39,925 nt of DNA from Octopus bimaculoides (lineage: Eukaryota), in contig NC_068981.1 of the NCBI RefSeq assembly GCF_001194135.2, positions 126,310,676-126,350,600 on the forward strand. The letters are read 5' to 3'. The position numbers and the translations under genes were made by a program. Below, piece after piece: positions 34,046 to 39,925 of this stretch; the first letter of the stretch is position 1; every line of letters begins with the position of its first letter. Below the pieces are notes generated by a model. It was not told the DNA's origin and searched no databases. It saw only the letters and a program-made list of their open reading frames with translations.

Positions 34046-34817
34046 TGCACTTTTTCAAGTTTCTGGGTCTTTTTTTTTTTGTATGCTGAGTGCTTTCCAT
34101 CCAGGTCTTCCCTGAGGTAAGAGAGCCCAGCTGTTTCGGCGCTGTATAGGAGATCATCAGGAAGAGAGTGTTTCTTGAGGAGTTCACTGCCAACTCGTAC
34201 AATGTTGCTCACTTCAGTTTTCAGGACTGCATTAATATATTTATTTTTGATGCTGTTGTTTAGCAGGTGCTGCCTGAGTGATACCATACGGCATTCAAAG
34301 GCCGTCTACACTGATCTCAGGGCTCTACCACCTTCATTTCTTGTTAGGTAAAGCCTGTCAACACCACTGTTTCTGTGGAAGTTCCCAGTTGTTGTCAGGA
34401 TTTTACGGGTTTTGATATCTATGGTGTGGATTTCCTCTACAGACCAATCAAGTATCCCAAATGTTGGGATCAACACTAGTACTGCAAATGCATTGTGGGA
34501 TATTGTTTTGTTGTAAGAGGAGAGTTCCGATTGCCATATTTTCCTAAGTCTGGTGTAATACTCTCGGGTCACTTTATCTTTATTCACAGTACCTTCATAT
34601 GATACATTTTCGTCTGTGCCCAGGCATTTGTAACATTCAATGTGTGGAATGGGAGAGACAGAAAGACCGTTGATGTTCAGGTTTCTTTTGGCCAAATTCC
34701 ATGCCTATATCAGCTGAAAATGTTATTAATTCCAGTTGTTTTTTGGGATTATTAACACTTTTAGCATAAATCTTCAGGTCGTCTACAAAGAAATTACGAG
34801 GTACATTGATATTTCTG

Positions 34818-34818
<1 letters not shown>
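34046..34818 (-). mobile_element. R4/Dong-clade LINE RT and post-RT fragment
   Basis: FFVDDLKIYA, YKCLG, RKIWQSELSSYNK..FGILDW..IDIKTRKILT and VDRLYLTRNEGGRAL. Confidence 0.9.
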
Positions 34819-34856
<38 letters not shown>

Positions 34857-35423
34857 TGTAATATTTTAAATCATCTATACAGGTCTCATACATGCATTCA
34901 TACAAGCGTAAACACACGCACATGCATACTTCGCACATAGGTGTATATATATATATATATATATNNNNNNNNNNNNNNNNNNNNNNNNNNNNNNNNNNNN
35001 NNNNNNNNNNNNNNNNNNNNNNNNNNNNNNNNNNNNNNNNNNNNNNNNNNNNNNNNNNNNNNNNNNNNNNNNNNNNNNNNNNNNNNNNNNNNNNNNNNNN
35101 NNNNNNNNNNNNNNNNNNNNNNNNNNNNNNNNNNNNNNNNNNNNNNNNNNNNNNNNNNNNNNNNNNNNNNNNNNNNNNNNNNNNNNNNNNNNNNNNNNNN
35201 NNNNNNNNNNNNNNNNNNNNNNNNNNNNNNNNNNNNNNNNNNNNNNNNNNNNNNNNNNNNNNNNNNNNNNNNNNNNNNNNNNNNNNNNNNNNNNNNNNNN
35301 NNNNNNNNNNNNNNNNNNNNNNNNNNNNNNNNNNNNNNNNNNNNNNNNNNNNNNNNNNNNNNNNNNNTATGTATATATGTATGTATATATATATGTATGT
35401 ATATATGTGTATATATGTATGTG

Positions 35424-35464
<41 letters not shown>

Positions 35465-35467
<3 letters not shown>

Positions 35468-36125
35468 GGTACAGGACGTCACTAACTGTGTAAACAACAT
35501 GGAGTACGAAAACAAACGAATTAAATACGCAAACGAGAGAAATAAATGGACGACAGGACAAGTAACACAGAGAACGACCCTTCATCAGTTGTCGGCAGTC
35601 TATCTACTCTTCATTTCGAGCATTCAACGACAATATGAGTCTTCGAAGACAGTTGCTCCTATAAATTCGAAAATAAAATTTGGGATTTATGGAGGGTCAA
35701 AGTTGGGAACAAAAACAGGATAGCGGAGACATACAAGGAAACCAAACGAAAACAAACATCGTTGTTTCCTCTCGTTGTTGGACCACAACGAGAGGAAAAT
35801 AGTGAACGTTGGGAGAAATATTTTCTCCGAAAAGAGAAAAGATAGAAGAGAGAGAGAAAGAAAACGCCCAGTCCTTAGAACGTCGTGCAGGAAAAAAAAG
35901 ATGGTCACGTGAGGTAAAGAAAGATGAACGATGATCACGTGTGAGCAACGAGAGAGAGGAAAAGAGAAAGAAGGGAGAGAGAGAGGGAGAGAGACAGATA
36001 GAAAACGGTGAAGAGGAGAAAAAGGGAATTAGAGAAGGATAGGGGAAGAAAACAGTATAGAGTACAGTTGCATCAAAAATGTTGCCCTTCAACCAATCTA
36101 TATTCTTTTTTGATTCTCTAAAAAG
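35465..36125. mobile_element. Unclassified interspersed-repeat-like segment, possibly Penelope-like terminal repeat
   Basis: Distinct composition between microsatellites, a 14-bp perfect hairpin, a minus-strand CTGATGAAGGG motif and a purine-rich tract. Classification is recall only. Confidence 0.35.
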
Positions 36126-36625
36126 CAACCACATGATATGAAACTGACACACCTAAATAGACACACCTGTTTACCAAGTTCTTCATGTATGAANNNNNNN
36201 NNNNNNNNNNNNNNNNNNNNNNNNNNNNNNNNNNNNNNNNNNNNNNNNNNNNNNNNNNNNNNNNNNNNNNNNNNNNNNNNNNNNNNNNNNNNNNNNNNNN
36301 NNNNNNNNNNNNNNNNNNNNNNNNNNNNNNNNNNNNNNNNNNNNNNNNNNNNNNNNNNNNNNNNNNNNNNNNNNNNNNNNNNNNNNNNNNNNNNNNNNNN
36401 NNNNNNNNNNNNNNNNNNNNNATGTATATATATGTATATATACACATACATATATTTATGTGTATGTATGCGTGTGTGTGTATTTGTGCGTGTGTATGTC
36501 TGTATTTATGTATACATACATCTCTCTCTCTCGCTTCCTTTCTCTCAATTACCACATCTGGACAATCAAGCGTACATTTTTTCTATGTGAAACTACAAGT
36601 AACGCAGACCTAAATCCTCAACTAT

Positions 36626-36687
<62 letters not shown>

Positions 36688-37597
36688 AAAACATGTTAGT
36701 CTACAACTATTTAAAATTATAATAAATATAAAATAGAAAAAACCATATAAAAAGATAACGAAAGAGTATTTCCTCTTTTGCGTTGGTTTCCATATTTCCC
36801 CGAGAGTTGACTAATACATATTGTCATTGCATAAGTCTCCTTGTTGGTATTTTTTCATGTCTTAACAGGGTTAGAAATAAGATGCCAAAACGTTGAGAAA
36901 AATATATCTGTAATCAAACACCAACATATATATCTTGTAACTTGCTTAGTCTTTTCTTTTTTGAGTAAGTCTAGAAGAATGTCTTGCCTTTTGCAATAAA
37001 ATTTTAAAAATATAAAAAAGTTACAATTTATTCTTTTAATTTTGTTATTTGCTAATACTAAAACTATTCTTTGCTAGCAGTTAAAATGCAAAAAGAAGAT
37101 GTATTTATGTATTTATTTATTAGAATAACACAGACTGGATTCTACTGCATATTTTGAACAATAAAATGTTCATCAACAGTTGCTGACTCATGGCATAAAA
37201 CTTAGCAAAATATATTATTATTTTTTATTTCTTCCACTAGGCCAATTTCTTTCTCTCATTTATTTTATTATTATACATTGTTGAAGAATTATTATTTTCT
37301 ACTCTAGGCACAAGGCCCGAAATTTTTGGGGAGGTGCAGTCGATTAGATCAACAGCAAATTATAAGCTCCTGGTCAGAAGATCTCAGAAAGCAATTTAAA
37401 TTTCAAGTCTAATTCGCTTTCCTTACATTGTCAATATTTTTGAGAGAGGTATGAACATCACTGAGTTTTAGTTCCAACAAAGAGTTCACAATTAGCGGTT
37501 ACAATCATAAAGTAAGATATGGCACTTTATTTGCAAGTAGTTGAAGCTTTCGCACTGATGCATGAATAGCACGTCACTAGATCTGATTGTGAGAGAT

Positions 37598-37605
37598 AGC
37601 TATAT

Positions 37606-37672
<67 letters not shown>

Positions 37673-37758
37673 GAGAGAGAGAGAAAGAGAGAGAAAGAAA
37701 GAAAGAGGAAAGAGAGAGAGAGAGTGAGAAAGAGAGAGAAAAGGAGATAAGGAGAGAC
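37598..37758. repeat. (GATA)n(GA)n polypurine tract
   Basis: Direct inspection. Confidence 0.95.
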
Positions 37759-38349
37759 GAATCGATTTTCGGACCGATTGCTAAAGATACCATTAGAATG
37801 AGGTTAGCCATCTAGAGACCGCATCTGCATGAAAAGCAATAGTCAAGTTAGTGCTAACATTCTTAATGTAGTCAGAATCAAATGCCTAATTAGAAATACT
37901 TATGCGGCGAGGAAAAGACAGCATTAGTTCAAATCTGTAACAAATATTAAATTCTTTTCCCCCACTCTCTCTCTCTCCTCTCACACAAATACACAAACGC
38001 ATACACGCACACATATCTATATGTGCGTACCTATGTTTGCATTTGTATGCGTGAGTGCACGCGTCTACACTCGTAAGCTCGATGTTTGTCTGTTTGTCTT
38101 AAAACAACGTCACCATCCTTCAATGGCTATTCACCAAATTCCGTAGGACGATTAAGGTACAACTTACAATAATACATGGACAAAGAAAAAAAATTCCTAT
38201 GTTGAGGCTCCATGAGGTAAAATAGAGATGAGCCAAGAAAAAAGAAGAGATAAAGAAAATTGTTAATGGTAGAATAGGAGAGTAGGAGTGTAGGAGAGTA
38301 GGAGTGTTAGGGTGAATTGCAGAAGCGTTATCAGTTTTGCCTTAAGAAG

Positions 38350-38535
38350 TCTCTCTCACACACATACACAAACTCACACACACACATACACACACACATG
38401 CATACACACACACGCACGCACACATTCACACATACAAACTCATCTCTCATATTACATACATGTACGCACACACACACATATATGTATATATACATTGTGT
38501 GTTTGTGTGTGTGTGTGTATGTGTGTGTGTGTGTG
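38350..38535. repeat. Imperfect (CA)n then (GT)n microsatellites
   Basis: Direct inspection. Confidence 0.9.
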
Positions 38536-38686
38536 TGACTGTGTGTTAAAAAGCTTACTTCTCAGTTACATGGTTCCACGTTCAGTCGCACTGCATGGTA
38601 CCTTAGGCAAGCGTAATCTTCTATAGCCCCGGGCCGACCAAAGCCTTGTGAGTGGATTTTGTAAACAGAAAGTGAAAGAAGCCCGT

Positions 38687-38749
<63 letters not shown>

Positions 38750-38970
38750 GTGTGTCTTTGTGTTTGTGTGTGGCCCCTGCTACCGCCTGACAACCGGTGT
38801 TGGTGTGTTTACGTCTCCATAACTTAGCAGTTCGGCAAAAGATTCCGTTAGAATAAGTACCAGGCTAAAAAAATAAGCATTGGGTCCGATTCATTCGACT
38901 AAAAAGTTCTCCAAAGCAGTGCCCAGCATGGCCGAAGTCAAATGACTGAAACATGTAAAAGATTAAAAAG
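38535..38970 (+). mobile_element. SINE family 2 (CORE-like) with (TATC)n linker
   Basis: Head, ggtaccttaggcaagcgtaatcttctatagc..aagcccgt, (TATC)n and tail ending aatgactgaaacatgtaaaagattaaaaag. Confidence 0.9.
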
Positions 38971-38988
38971 ATATATGCGCATTCATAA

Positions 38989-39038
<50 letters not shown>

Positions 39039-39056
39039 NNNNNNNNNNATTCATAA

Positions 39057-39095
<39 letters not shown>

Positions 39096-39102
<7 letters not shown>

Positions 39103-39312
39103 TTGCTGAAAAGTTTCTGGCTCTGAGTAAGAGAAAATACAGGAGGATCAGTTAATTATGATTTTATTCAACATATTCCCCTCTTAGATTCACGCACTTA
39201 TTACAGAGGTCCTTCAGTTTTTCTAAAGCCTGTAAAAGAATTCGGAAAGTTGGGCCGCCAGCCAGGCCTTTCGCGACACCCTTAAAGCCAGGAACTTTTC
39301 AGCACCTCCTCG
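39096..39312. mobile_element. Mariner-derived MITE, 217 bp
   Basis: About 29-bp TIRs: cgaggggttgctgaaaagtttctggctct / aaagccaggaacttttcagcacctcctcg. 39096-39260 is the reverse complement of the mariner end at about 1005-1173. Confidence 0.9.
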
Positions 39313-39743
39313 CATATAGTGAGGTGTTTTCATTATGACAGCTTTCTGATATATTATTTGTATGTATTCTTACTAATACGGGTGGAGTATTTTAAGTAAA
39401 CATGATTTTATAACAGTATATGCAAATTTAAATGTGAAACAATGGAAGAATGAATTATTTTCTATCTTCCATGGTATCTGAAACCGCGTACAAATTTCTT
39501 GAAGATATAATTCTTAAATGAAGAATTTAAGTTTCAAATAGCTTCTGCAAAACATTCAGAGTCAAGATGACCCTTAGAGTATGATGCAGACTGAAAGAAT
39601 TTATTGGAAGAGGTTACGGTCTCGCATTCTGAAAGCAAGATGAAAAGTTTTTTGCTATTCAACATTCAATTCTCTGTAACTTTGACATAATCAGTAAGGA
39701 GTGTGACAGAAGATTACTGTAGCAAACCACAATAAAAAGGGGT

Positions 39744-39780
<37 letters not shown>

Positions 39781-39925
39781 TCTAGAGTTTACATCAGCCG
39801 TGTACAACCAAATACTGGTCTACTAGGAAAATTTAGTACCCGTCCATGGCTGATAAAGATCTTGTCCAGTGTGGATTGCCAGGTCCTGTATGAATTGTAT
39901 ATAAACGTTCTTCTCTCTTTCTCTC

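Noticed and set aside
1-39925. CRISPR arrays, operons or prokaryotic systems
   Set aside because: No regularly spaced repeat-spacer structure; the sequence is clearly eukaryotic repeat-rich DNA

Overview
AT-rich, microsatellite-dense eukaryotic DNA from a gapped draft assembly. It has 9 N-gaps: 6482-6789, 9433-9719, 22072-22081, 27706-27984, 29694-30683, 33801-33930, 34965-35368, 36194-36421 and 39039-39048. The SINE families and repeat landscape match what I recall from Octopus genomes; this is inference, as no search was run. I find no intact host protein-coding gene, tRNA or rRNA, and most tracked ORFs are microsatellite or N-gap artefacts. The window is a transposon mosaic. It contains three SINE-like families, decayed LINEs (R4/Dong-type RLE, RTE, CR1/L2-group) and a mariner end plus its MITE. 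It also holds hAT and piggyBac-type MITEs, a Chapaev3-like transposase relic nested in a LINE, and a 222-bp solo LTR with a perfect 5-bp TSD. The most notable structure is at 5554-8501 on the minus strand. A Helentron-like non-autonomous element carries, at its 3' subterminal inverted repeat, two divergent retroelement-like units. These encode only an ORF1/Gag-like protein (CCHC knuckle in copy A) and no reverse transcriptase. Copy A is flanked by a 12-bp direct repeat that looks like a target-site duplication. This suggests ORF1-only, Helentron-targeting non-LTR elements, a hypothesis that needs a genome-wide copy and flank analysis. All family names come from motif recognition, not database hits.
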